This document shows positions 33,441-44,951 of a stretch of 64,000 nt of DNA, one piece after another. Within the stretch, counting starts at the first letter, position 1, and the number at the start of each line of letters is the position of its first letter. The position numbers and the translations under genes are program-made. The notes below the pieces were generated by a model. That model saw only the letters and a program-made list of their open reading frames with translations, did not search any database and was not told the origin of the DNA. Source of the DNA: Piedraia hortae CBS 480.64 (taxonomy: Eukaryota). The DNA lies in contig MU005963.1 in NCBI GenBank assembly GCA_010093745.1, positions 144,217 to 208,216 of the forward strand, in the 5' to 3' direction.

Positions 33441-34452
33441 TCACTTCCTCCGGTCCTGACACTTATCGTGCGCCACATGACCGTTTCTTGCCGTGGTACG
33501 AGTGAACTCGGCCCCGCATTTAGGGCATTTTGATTTCGCAGCCGTGCCGGCCTTTTCGCGCTGGTGGCGCAAGAGGTTGCTAAACGTGGAGAATTGTCGC
33601 CCGTTGCAGCCGTGTTCCCAACACTGTGGTTTTGGCCGTTCGTTGACGGCACGCATAGAGGATGACTGCTGCGCTGATGCGACTGTTTCTGTCGCGCCGG
33701 CTGCGTTGGGATGATAGGGCGGCGGGTAGCTGAAGCTATGTTGCGGTGCCGCATGCGCGTACGCGCTGCTGTGAGCTGAATTCGCTGCTGATGGCGTCCG
33801 CGAGGCTGAGGCTGTGGTCGAATAGGGATATTGGTAGGTCGTTGCTGCAGCTGATCTGAAGCCTGCATGCGCCGATGGTGCAGAGCCTAACTCATTGACG
33901 CTTACGCCGCGACCGGGAACCATGGTGTATGCTGCTTGTTGCTGCTGTTGGTCGTAGGGATGTTCCACTCGACGATATGCTGGGACGTAGCCCTCGGGTG
34001 GGAGATCAGAGTGCCGACGGGCTGGGATCTGCTTGCTTTGGTAGTGAGTTGGGCTTGTTGTGATTGAATAAGGCGACAGGTCGGCCGCGACTGTCGGTTG
34101 TAGGGTGCGGTTGTGAGAGTATCCGTCCATGGGGAATTCGTCGTAATGGCTGGGATCGTAGGATGAAGTTGAAGGCAAAAGGTAGCTCATGGAGCTAGAA
34201 ATAAATATTCGTTTAGCAATGCGATCGGAAAAGTTTCACGGAAAGTAATACGGACCTCATGTCCCCCGGGGATAAAGGTGCAGATTGATATGAAAGTGCG
34301 CAATTGTTGTCGTCGACGAGCAATTTAGGAACGCCAGACTCGGAACGTGGCGGAGTGGGCAGAGTCCAGGCAGGAAACGGTTCAATCGAACTCTCGAGTG
34401 GTACGTGTTCGGGTGACTCTGGTCTATAAGTTCGGGGAGGGGCTAGCGGCAT
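33441..34452 (-). CDS. C2H2 zinc-finger transcription factor (possibly ZfpA-like); intron 34255-34195
   Basis: C-terminal [46 protein letters not shown]; upstream exon with LPTPPRSES joined in frame by a 61-nt intron. Confidence 0.85.
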
Positions 34453-36514
34453 AGTCAAGAGGAGATGATGTGGAAGATAAAGTGGAATGACGGAAGGATC
34501 ATGTGCGAAGTCGGCACGAGGAAGGGAGGGGGCGAGCTGAGATATAGATACGGCGTCGTTCACGGCTGCCTAAAGGCGATCTCTTTTCGACTCTACCCGT
34601 TTATGAACTCAACAAGGCTGCGGCCTTGGTTTTAAGGCTGTACTTCCAGCAATTGGTGGAGGGCCGGAAGCCGTTAGTTGATGCAACTAGGCACCGAGGG
34701 TGTTCAGCCCATTGGGATTGACAGGCGAGCCATCTCGCCAGAGTGTGGGCTGCGAAGGAAGGGGGCAGCCGCTGCAAGCCACTCAGTTGGGTTAAGGCCA
34801 AGAAGACGAATTGGATCTCTAGTCAAGGCCGAGTGCGGCAGAGGCGTCGTTTGTGACGTTGCTTTTTCACCAGAGAGAACGATTATCAGATGATTTCCAT
34901 GCAGTGCAACCGGTTAAAAAAAGATATTCCCACGTGGCCGTTAGCCAAGAAGGAAGACTTGGAGGCGCGTGGGTTCACGGCCGTTGCGGGAACTCAAGAT
35001 GAAAGCAGCGTTCAGTAAGTATCGCCCGCCACCCAACGCCCTACCGAGGAATGTTGGAGAAGAAAAAAAAGAAAGCAGTAAACCGAAGCGAAGTGAACGG
35101 AGAGTAACAGCAGCCTTACCCCACCTGGTCTCGTTTGCCTGCTTAGCCCCATTTTTCCTCGCTCTTACTCCTCGTTACGATGTTTAACCGAAGGCCCAAC
35201 CATTTGCAGGCGTTGTATTGACGTGTTGAGGAACTCGAGAAATTAAAAACGGTGGGCGGCCGTTTGACCCTGGATGTGTGCTGCGACGCACAAGTGGCAT
35301 GCACGTCAACACCCCCATCACCGTCTGCGGTTTGTGTTACGACTTCGGTTCTGGTTTTGATTGGGCGTTTGCTGCCACGTGGATGGCAAAAGGCAAAAAT
35401 GTATTGGCTAATCAGCAATACCGCATTAACGGGGTTGTGCCAGCCACAGTGTGGGGGGTTTTCCTATTTGTTTGGAGTCCGCTTGCACGCGTGATCGACG
35501 TAGGTACTGGGTGTAGTCCCTTGACTAGCATGATCCGAGGGATTGATCGGTGCATCCTTTACATAACGTTCCATCAAGGTTGTTTAATCGTATCTCAACT
35601 TCTGCTTTACTGCGCCTTCAGACTGATTATATGTGGGTGAAACAATGTTTTACCTCGTCCACATAAGCTGGTCTGGCCTCATCAGGCCTCGATGCATACG
35701 CCGCCTTCGTGCATGTTAAGTGACGCCAGTCAGCGTTTTATCCAGCCAAAGCCCAAAGACGGTAGCTTTAATTGACGGCAACCTGCATCGTTCTCTTTGA
35801 TACCCAAACCATAATTTGCAGTTAATCATGTGCAGATGAAATGCAACCCAATGCCGTCTATATGGACCAGAACATATTGCCTTGAAGTCAGGCTGCTACT
35901 TCATGGTGCAAATCGTTACGCAGCTGGACAAAACGTTTAGGCTCTAGAAGGTTACGTGCGCTCCCATCCATGCGCATAATTTGCTATACAGTGGACAGCT
36001 TACGACGCTCAACCGGGGCCTTACAGCGTACATTACAGATCGATGAAGCGTGCATGGGCTTGACATGTGCAGCCTGTTGGTCTTACAGCCCTTTAGAGCA
36101 AGCGGGGAGGCAAGCTTTCCCGTGGACGGGATAATTCATTGCCATATTTCCCCGCATGTTAGAAATGATCTGAATCTGTCTACATCAGACGTGAACTCTT
36201 TTTGCTTTTTTTGGCACCCTGAACATCCATTGTGTGCTGGTAACAGGCCGACAGGACGGTGATGAACGGTAACGGAACGATGAACGGGCGCACATATCGG
36301 GCTGTCGGGAGTCCTCCCTTGCAACGGGTGGGCTCGAGTCAGAAGCCACTCCATTGGGAAGTTGATGAGTCTAAATTTAGCACCAGCCCCGCAGTTGACG
36401 ACATGGACTGACAAGTAACACTACGTAACCCATGCCAACGGCTCGTGAGCGCACAGGATACAATCTAGGGCTACTCAAGATACCTATTTATATTCCACCT
36501 AAACCGGAAAGAGA

Positions 36515-38218
36515 ATGCCAACAACCACAACCCTGACCATAACCAACCCCCTTGTCAACTACCGCGCACTGATAGCAACCAAGCGAATCGTACCAGACCA
36601 AGCTCAACTGCGTCTAGCTTTACACCTGGAAAAACTTTACGACCGATTGAAGAACTACGAGCCGGAAATCGAATACCGCGTTCGACTGAAGGAGGTTACA
36701 CGCACTATCAGCAATTCACCCAGCAATGTACCTCTATCATGGGGTTTTCCGAGAAGCAGACAGGACGCAACTTCATTAGCCTTAACCCGAAGATTAACGC
36801 ACCATGAATCCGCCGTACAGCTCAACTCGCCGCAAGGCCTCCTCCTACACGGCGAAGTCGGGACAGGAAAGTCAATGTTAATCGACCTCCTAGCCGATTG
36901 CCTCCCTACCGCCAAGAAGCGACGTCTCCATTTCAACACATTCATGTTAGAGATCCTCTCCAAACTAGAAACCTACCGCCTCCAACCCTCCACCTCCATC
37001 TCCGAACCGCCCGAAGAAAAATTCACCCTCCTGCGCCTAGCGCGGGAAATGATCCGCACGAATCCAATTCTCTTCCTAGACGAATTCCAAATGCCCGACC
37101 GCGCAGCATCCAAAATCCTCTCCCACCTCCTCACCGCATTCTTCCACCTTGGGGGCGTCCTTGTCGCAACATCAAACCGCATGCCGGAGGAACTAGCCAA
37201 AGCGTCCGGGTTGGCGATGCCCCCTCCGCGGAGGCTACTCTGGGGCAAGTTCCTCCCAGCGAAACCCTCCCTCGAAGGCCGAAACGAATTCGCCGACTTT
37301 CTCGAAGTTCTCAAAGCCCGCTGCGAGATCTGGGACATGACTACCTCCCACGACTACCGCCGTCGGGCAACCACTCCAGAATACTTCTCTCCCTCCCTCA
37401 AAATCCTCTCAAAATCCCTAAACCTTCCCACATCGACCCCCTGGCAAACGGACGAAATATGCATCTACTCCCGCAAGGTCACAATCCCGCGCCACTTCCG
37501 TGGCATCACAATGTGGACATTTTCCCAACTCTGCGAAGCGACCCTCGGACCCGCAGACTACCTCACCCTAGCAAGCAGATACCACACCTTCATCCTTACG
37601 CACGTCCCCGTCCTAACCACCAACCTCAAAAACGAGGCTCGAAGACTCATCACCCTTCTCGACGCGCTATATGAATGTAAATGCCGACTGTGTCTGCATC
37701 TCGAACAGAATATCCGGCCGGATGGGATTTTCTTTCCCGCGGATGAGTCGGCGGAGCAAAGGGAGGGGGGTGATGCGGTTTATGCAGAAACTGTGGCGGA
37801 GGTGTATCAGGATTTATCTGCGCCGTTTAGGCCGAATGTGCTGACGAAGAACCCCGAGTTTGGGGAGGAAAAGGGGGAGACATCAGTGGATTTTGGAAAG
37901 ACGGCGGCGTTCACGGGTGAGGATGAACGATTCGCATATAAACGCGCTCAGAGTAGGATTTGGGAGCTTTGTAGTAGGGAGTACTGGGAGAGGGTGAGAC
38001 ATGTTCCGCTTGAGAGGGGTAGGAGGGGGTGGGAGGGACGGAAAGGTCCAGTGCCGTTGGAGGGTTCGCATAAGGGGGGTAAGGGAAATGAGGATACTGA
38101 AGAGGCCAAGCCGAAATTCGATTTCACGCATTTCTGGGGCATGATGAAATGGGGTCGTCGAGCGGGAAATTGGGGCCAGGGCGTTGAAGGCGTAAAGGCT
38201 CGGCGAAAGGAAATGTGA
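36515..38218 (+). CDS. AFG1: AFG1/LACE1-family mitochondrial AAA+ ATPase
   Basis: Walker A GLLLHGEVGTGKSML, RLHFNTFM, Walker B ILFLDEFQ, VATSNRMPEEL, GPADY, ARRLITLLDALYE. Confidence 0.92.
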   Translation: MPTTTTLTITNPLVNYRALIATKRIVPDQAQLRLALHLEKLYDRLKNYEPEIEYRVRLKEVTRTISNSPSNVPLSWGFPRSRQDATSLALTRRLTHHESAVQLNSPQGLLLHGEVGTGKSMLIDLLADCLPTAKKRRLHFNTFMLEILSKLETYRLQPSTSISEPPEEKFTLLRLAREMIRTNPILFLDEFQMPDRAASKILSHLLTAFFHLGGVLVATSNRMPEELAKASGLAMPPPRRLLWGKFLPAKPSLEGRNEFADFLEVLKARCEIWDMTTSHDYRRRATTPEYFSPSLKILSKSLNLPTSTPWQTDEICIYSRKVTIPRHFRGITMWTFSQLCEATLGPADYLTLASRYHTFILTHVPVLTTNLKNEARRLITLLDALYECKCRLCLHLEQNIRPDGIFFPADESAEQREGGDAVYAETVAEVYQDLSAPFRPNVLTKNPEFGEEKGETSVDFGKTAAFTGEDERFAYKRAQSRIWELCSREYWERVRHVPLERGRRGWEGRKGPVPLEGSHKGGKGNEDTEEAKPKFDFTHFWGMMKWGRRAGNWGQGVEGVKARRKEM

Positions 38219-39869
38219 TGTTATCTTGCGGATGTATCTGACCAGTGGGGCTATTTCAAGCCACTGTCTCAGCCTGAGACTGATAGGCATGCCGAGCGAT
38301 GCTTGCCTAGATGGTGGATATCTGGAGAACAACCGATGGCGTATTGTAGTGGTCAAACGGCGTGGGGAGAGGTCGCTTCGCCGCTTTGTCGCATGGGCAC
38401 ATTGGCTCTGATGAAAAGAAAAGGTTAGTGGTGATGATGGGCTGATGCTTGGATCTTTCAAGTCGGGGACACTGGCATTTCTGGATTGTTGTCAGGTTTA
38501 TCGTCGAAGACAAGAGACTTAAACCCAGTTGCACACAAAAGACAATGCAATCGTCCGAGCTATTTCCCCAATCCATGAGTGGCATGAGCTTCTCGAGCCA
38601 TATAAGACTGAGAACTGGTTCATGCTTCGACTTGTTGAGGATGTATGTATGTCAGGGACGTGCCCCAAAGGCTGACCTTGGTGAACCCGCTTCACACCTG
38701 ATAGCGCCGTGACGATGATTGACCACACTTTTGTGTGTAAGACCATCGCATGACACAACGTGCTCCATCGCATGAGTCTTTGAAATTTCCTCCCACGCCC
38801 AGCCAGTAAGGCGTGACACTGCATACTTAAATTCATTGCGTCTATTTTATACTTTCTCTTTATGCATCCAAGTTGTAAGTCTTTGCGAGGGTTTTCTTCC
38901 TCGCTTGGACTTCTTTCGTGAGGTTGACGGACCCTTGGGCAAAATTTTCAGCTTGTTGAACTCAGCCGTCTATTTCGTTGGCCCTTGACATGAACGCCGA
39001 GAGCGCGTAGAGAGCTTGCCTTTCCAAATTATGCCAGCCCTCCAGACGATGCAAAGTCGCTCTTCTGAGCTTTTGCTAGAAGGCAGAAACCAGGTGTTTT
39101 TTTTCATTGCATCTCATTCGCCGCTGAGTTTCTCCGGTCCTTCTTTACGATCATGCGAGGTGGTGTCCAACCAGGTGACGAATTTTTTGGCAGATACCTT
39201 ATGTTCATCTGGGTCAATCTTGAGATCCGAAATCCTGCTGGCGTTTGGACCAATCTTCTACCTCGTGTGATGTGGCCGCTAAGAACGAATCGCTGACGAC
39301 GACCTTCTCCAGCTCACAACGAGAGGCTTTGCAGTGCCTCACAACATGTTGGAACTGTGCCGCGAAGTTGAGTGTTCTTGCCCGAGTGCTATTGCCCGAG
39401 TACTTGAGGGATGATAGGAAGTAATACTGTTAACGGATCGCCGTGGTTTGATGGCATGGAGAAATGTCACCAGCAGTTCTGAGCCAGTGAAGTAATCTTC
39501 CGGCAGAGCTCGGGCACTACCTTTGGTTGTTTTCATGATTGTAGCACCAAGATATGCCTTATCGACTTCGGTCAAGGAGGCCAGCCTGGCATGCGTGATA
39601 TGGTATTTTTCTCATACCAGTAATACCACGTGACAAGTGATAAGTGGTATTTTATCACTTTGCAATACAGTATATTGTACTGGTGATATCGATATACTAC
39701 ACATTATCACATTAAGCCCCACTACGCTTGCCTAATTAGGTTGATTTAAACAGAGTGGTATCCAAGTGACCATCACTCAGCACGAGGGGACATAACGACG
39801 GCTGAGGGAGCGATCAATGACATCCATTTAAGGAAAACAATAATTGCCATATGAGACTTTTTCTGTTTA

Positions 39870-41884
39870 CTACTGCTCAACATCTGGCACTTTTCTCATA
39901 GCATCTGCGACGGTGGCATCAGTCTATAGATCAACATTTGCGTGAAGGACCATGAGAGCTTCAAATGTCTGATCTGACATACTTTTCCTGTAATCAATCT
40001 TGATCCTTCTCGCGAGACAGAAAACCCGCTCGCAGGTTTTTGACGTTGCGTGAATGTACGACAGATTTAGATATGTCGAGCTGCGTGATTTCCGCGCTCT
40101 CTTCAACTGAAGGTGTGGTGCCAGATCATCATCATCCAAGGCATCGGCCTCGGGTTCACCAACGCGGAAGATGCTGACGGCCTGCTTTTGGTGCGATGTG
40201 AGTGATTCCGCTTGCCCATCAAGTACCTTGACGGTGCCATCCTCGAAGTCGGGGTTCACAATGACGGCCGTCCGGTTGTTCAGACGGAGCTCCGTCTGAG
40301 GCAGCTTCTTCACCACCCAGTCGAAGATGCATCGGGCAACAGCCAAAGACACATCTTCGCCTTGGAGTAACTTGGTTGCTTGCTCAAGCGAAGACAGCGT
40401 ATTCTCCATCAGGCCTTTTAGCTTGAGGCGCGTCTCAGAATTTGGCAGCTTAGCTGCAAGCTCATCGCCCTCCTTGTCAATGGATAGCTCCAATTTGAAG
40501 AAACGCTTTGGCGTGTGATAGGTCGATCCCCATCTCGTGGCGTTGCGAGTGATGGGCTGAAGTTTTGTGCGCTTGCGAAGTTCATCCATCTTCTTGATCT
40601 TTCCACGGCAGACCATGATCTCATTGATCCGTCGGAGGTCAGCTTCATACTCGTCGAGTATGTCTTGTACGGCCAAATTTTGTCGGTGGGTAGCGCAGCC
40701 GATAAAGGGGTGACACATTCGGTTGGCTATAGCTTGGTTAGTCTGGCAGTTGTCGCCGATGGCGAAGATAATGGCACTCCGAGACTTGGTGTAGTCATCC
40801 AGCACCTTTTCCAGCAGATGAATATTATTGTCCGCAGTCAGATTTGTCTGATCCTGGAAAGTCGTGAAGGCCAACATGGATAGCTTCGAGGCAGCCGACT
40901 TAGCATCATATACTGCGAAGATCGCCAGGTAGTGTGTACGCCTTTCTGTCCATCCATCGAACACGATGCCAAAATAATTGGGAAGGCGGCTGTTGACCTG
41001 TTGGACTACCTCTGCATGGACAGCCATCAGATATCTGGTTAATGACGTGCGAGGGATGGGGTCGTAGCGGACTGCTTGCCGCAACAAGAGATCTTCCACG
41101 GCGCAAAGGGGCTCACATCTCATTACAATAAGACGAAGCCAGGCGCACATGTTTCGGGCCTTGCCACTCGTCTTGAGCATGCTTGATGGGAGTGGATTTC
41201 CAGCATAATGGGCGGCCATGTATGTCTCAAAGTCAGTATGCGCTTCGTAAATGGGTTTGACCAGATTTGAATTCCCACGCTGGTTCTGTTGATATCGATT
41301 GCCGCACAAACACTGGTACCATGTTTTCCGGTGAGGTGAGATTTATCCTGGAGAAATGTGAAAAAGAACTAGGAAATGCGGATATTTTTACCACTCGCGG
41401 ATTCAGTTGAGGGCATGGAGTGATACGAAGAAGCCTGGGCAAAAGCAGCGGGGGTTCCGGACGATGGGAGTAGCGGTCTTGCACTCTGGCTCGAGTGGGC
41501 TGCGTTAAATCCGGAGACTGAGGTGCTATTTACCTGATAGTATCTGGACGGGCCGGTGTGTAAGGTGGAAGCAGCGGTACAAGCTACCACATTTTGCCTA
41601 GAAGGGTGTGCGTTCTCGAAAGATGTGGAACTCGAGATGGCGGTGTTTAGGAACGGCATGGAGACGAGATGATTTGACTGACAGTTGTGTGAGGTAGGAT
41701 TGAAGGTGGTGCCTACGATGAACGAGGAAGTAGCCGTACTAGCTACGGTTTCTTGGCTAGAGGGATGTGCATTTTCGAAGGATGCGGAGCTCGAGACAAG
41801 GGTGTTTGGGTACAATATATTGATGATATGATCTGACTCATCGTTCTTATGGGAGGTTGGACTGAAGGTGGTGCTGTCGTCCAT
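39870..41884 (-). pseudogene. hAT transposase pseudogene (BED-like finger, DDE core, dimerization domain)
   Basis: WYQCLCG...NLVKPIYEAH, FGIVFDGW (D), IGDNC (D), GCATHRQNLAV (CxxH), NATRWGST, TSKTCERVF (E); TAG at 41371-41369, frameshift near 41322, TAG at 39926-39924, likely original stop 39872-39870. Confidence 0.88.
41567..41874. repeat. In-frame ~160-bp tandem duplication in the transposase N-terminal extension
   Basis: CTCGAGA at 41631/41790 (159 apart), TGAAGGTGGTGC at 41701/41863 (162 apart); peptides SSSASFENAHPSSQETVASTA and SSSTSFENAHPSRQNVVACTA. Confidence 0.85.
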
Positions 41885-42995
41885 AGGGACTCTGTAGCGG
41901 CTCCATCCACTTGAAAGCCCGTAGCCTGTGTCGCGGCTTCTGATTGGCTATTATCATCACGCTAAAAGTAGTATTTATTGCGCTATCACTCATAGCGCGA
42001 TTGATAAGACTCAATATTGTCTAGCGGATCTCGGCCAAATATAGCACCCTGTCCAGTAGCACAGTGACACTCTTAATTCGATATTGTTGCATCTCATTGT
42101 GTCTTTGCTGATTGATCCTTCACTCCGTCTATTGTCTGGAATTCGTGTGAATAAAACAGAGCCACGAACGAGATCCCCAGGCGTCTTTCGATTTGTTCAC
42201 AAGGTGACCGAGACCACTGAGTAATCTTGGGCAACCTCCTGGGAAAGGATAGTCCCCAAGAGTGCTGCCGACTCGAAAAAGTTTGTCACGAATATGGCTG
42301 AAATCAACGCCGACGACTGTCTCTTGTTCAAACAGATGACCTTCTGTGGTGGTAGGTCCTTGAACCTTGAGGTCTGTACCCGGGGAAAAAGGACAACCCC
42401 AGCTTGAGCGTGGGCGAAACGATAGTTCCTCTTAATGTGAGGAAAAAACAGTAAGGTGCCTTCCCAATGGCATCGCTTCGGGTGTCTTCGATATCGCTCA
42501 GCTGCCTCAACTGTATGTATACTTTTAGTTGCGAATGCTGCATCTGTCACTGTTTAGTTTCAGAGACATCCAAGGCCGCCAATTGCGCACAAGGCCTTGG
42601 TTATCAAGGTCTTGTGCTCGAAGTTTTGTTGACGTCAAGGCTTGGCATCAACTAAAATTTTCAACCCAGCATTCAAAAGGTGCTTTGGAGGACGTTAGAT
42701 TGCCATGCTGGCCTTCAATAATTCAGATAGTCTAGGACCCATGAGGTAACATGTTAACAGCCAGTCGCATGCACAAGTTGAGCGACATTGACCAAAAACA
42801 CTCCTATGTCTGGCTGTGTGGGAATTTGATCCCCCTTGTGGGGGTTTAAATTTGGTTACGGGCGCCAAGACAATTGCGTCATATTTAACACGCTATCGTA
42901 ACATTCGACTGCTAGCTCAATGCTCTCCTCCGCAGGCTGCGCGAACCCCACCTTAACCTAACCTAGCCATAAAAACGTTCATCCAAAGAATAACT

Positions 42996-44951
42996 ATGGC
43001 TCCCAATAAAACGAAGAAAGGACCCGCGACAGCAACCCAAGACGGAGAAGAAGAAGAGTTTTGCGCCGTACTCTTTGCGGATGCGTTTGACGACAAAGCC
43101 TTCTTCCCACTGAATTTTTCCCACCCGCGCTGTTTGCTATCGCTTGCAAATACACCGTTGATTGAGTACACCCTCAATTGGCTTTCACTCCTTCCGCTTA
43201 GCCGCATCTACATCTGCTGCAACTCCCCTCAAGTCGAGGCTTACCTTACGAACTCATCATGGCTTTCGCGCACCTCGCCGTTGTCGGTGCAAATTATCAA
43301 GACATCCACAGTCAATGCGTCAGTAGGCGACTACATGCGTGATCTGGACCAGCGTCAACTCATAAAGTCCGACTTCCTTGCTGTTTACGGGGATCTGGTT
43401 ACTAATATCCAGCCTGAAAGATTCGAAACCGCTCTAGCAAAACACCGAGCGAGACGGAGTAAGAACAAGAATGTGGCCATGACGATGCTTCTTTCAAGCG
43501 TATCAGTCGCTCAAATGGACAGGATGGCGCATTGCAGGCCGTTTTGGGTCACAGACTTGGAGACTCAGCGCATCTTGCATTACGACATCATCATTCCTTG
43601 TAAGACTGCGAGTCTGCGCCTTCCCAAGAGCGCGGTGGCAGAGGTTGACACAGAGCGGAAGTCATGCCTGTTAGATATCGGCGTAGACATTTGCTCGCCA
43701 GAAGTCCCGGCGCGTTACAGCGATAACTTCGACTGGCAGGATGCGCGGCAGAATTTTCTCAGGGAAGTGCTCAGAGATTACGATACAAACCGCTTGGAGA
43801 TATATCATGAGGAGATTAAAGGTTTTGCTACCCGGGCCACGACCCTTCGTGCATACGAAGCTATTGCAAAGGACACGCTGATGCGATGGGCCACACCATT
43901 TGCCCCCGACGCAAATCTGCTGGACCAGACATATTCGTTGCATGGCCCAACAGCCGTGTACAAAGAGCAGGGCGTTATGCTCGCACGGAAATGTAACGTG
44001 GGCACTCGCTGTGCGATTGGAAAGGATTCTTCCATTGGTGAAGGCGCTTCGGTCAAAAACTGCTTTATTGAGCGCCGATGTGTGATTGAAAAAGATGTCG
44101 AAATTGATGGGGCCATCGTCCTCGATGACGTTACTATTGGGCACGGTACCGTCATGGGCAGGGCTATTGTTGGGAGCAAAGCTATGATTGGCAAGGATTG
44201 TAAGATTGACGATAACGTGGTAATTGCCCACGGTGCTGTTGTGAAGAGCAACACCACGCTGCAGAAGGGCACGAGGATGGCTCAAGACGGTACCATAACC
44301 ATGCTCTCGCCAGAAAACCATGAGTTTGCCTTTGGACGCCCGGCCGAGTTTGTGCGTCCCACTCGCAAGAAGCAGTCCAAGTCGAAAAAGTCTGGGCAGG
44401 ACCAGCAGAAAGGATGTGATAAATCAGCAGGAGATTTTCACTCGGAAGCAAGCTTCAGCATCTTTGACTCCATGCAGAAGAAAGAGAGTGCGGATACTAT
44501 CCAACTGGAGCTCACTGCGCTAAAGCTTGCCAATGGAGCTGATGACGCGCAAACACAGAATGCCATTGCTTCGGCCTTTAGCCGCCGAGTCATTGCAATT
44601 GTTGAGAACGGGAGTCTTACGTCTCGTCAGACCGACATTAACAGTTTGTTTTCTGACTACCAGCGGCTCATCTCAGGGTGTGTTAGCCTTGACAAGGCTC
44701 AAGAACAGGTTGATATGTTGCTCGCTTTCCAGCGATGCTTTGTCAATCAAACGGATAAGGCCTTTGTTCTCGTGTGTAACGCGCTCGTGAGAAGAGACCT
44801 CGCAGACGCTGATGGAGTGGAAGCTTGGTGGAACGATAAGCAGAGCTGTTCCAGTGAAGGGATGATTCATGTCCGCGAGCAAGCAAGACCAATGGTGGAC
44901 TTTTTGCTAGCTGAAGACAGCGACGAGGAGGAGGACAGGAAAGATGATTAG
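42996..44951 (+). CDS. GCD6: Translation initiation factor eIF2B epsilon
   Basis: AVLFADAF..FFP...PRCLLSLANTPLIEYTL, SVGDYMRDLD, DICSPEV..DNFDWQ, hexapeptide beta-helix, W2 domain IQLELTALK...WW. Confidence 0.93.
   Translation: MAPNKTKKGPATATQDGEEEEFCAVLFADAFDDKAFFPLNFSHPRCLLSLANTPLIEYTLNWLSLLPLSRIYICCNSPQVEAYLTNSSWLSRTSPLSVQIIKTSTVNASVGDYMRDLDQRQLIKSDFLAVYGDLVTNIQPERFETALAKHRARRSKNKNVAMTMLLSSVSVAQMDRMAHCRPFWVTDLETQRILHYDIIIPCKTASLRLPKSAVAEVDTERKSCLLDIGVDICSPEVPARYSDNFDWQDARQNFLREVLRDYDTNRLEIYHEEIKGFATRATTLRAYEAIAKDTLMRWATPFAPDANLLDQTYSLHGPTAVYKEQGVMLARKCNVGTRCAIGKDSSIGEGASVKNCFIERRCVIEKDVEIDGAIVLDDVTIGHGTVMGRAIVGSKAMIGKDCKIDDNVVIAHGAVVKSNTTLQKGTRMAQDGTITMLSPENHEFAFGRPAEFVRPTRKKQSKSKKSGQDQQKGCDKSAGDFHSEASFSIFDSMQKKESADTIQLELTALKLANGADDAQTQNAIASAFSRRVIAIVENGSLTSRQTDINSLFSDYQRLISGCVSLDKAQEQVDMLLAFQRCFVNQTDKAFVLVCNALVRRDLADADGVEAWWNDKQSCSSEGMIHVREQARPMVDFLLAEDSDEEEDRKDD

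Larger units (their letters stand above)
39582..42030 (-). mobile_element. Decayed hAT-superfamily DNA transposon (boundaries approximate)
   Basis: Transposase frame flanked by AT-rich segments (39595-39712 and 41945-42025) with repeated GTGATA/TATCAC motifs; no convincing 8-bp target-site duplication found. Confidence 0.75.

Noticed and set aside
36898..37674. 258-aa alternative-frame ORF inside AFG1, and similar Pro/His-rich shadow ORFs at 55334-55771 and 6451-6786
   Set aside because: By-products of the C-rich skew, which depletes stop codons; no domain signal.
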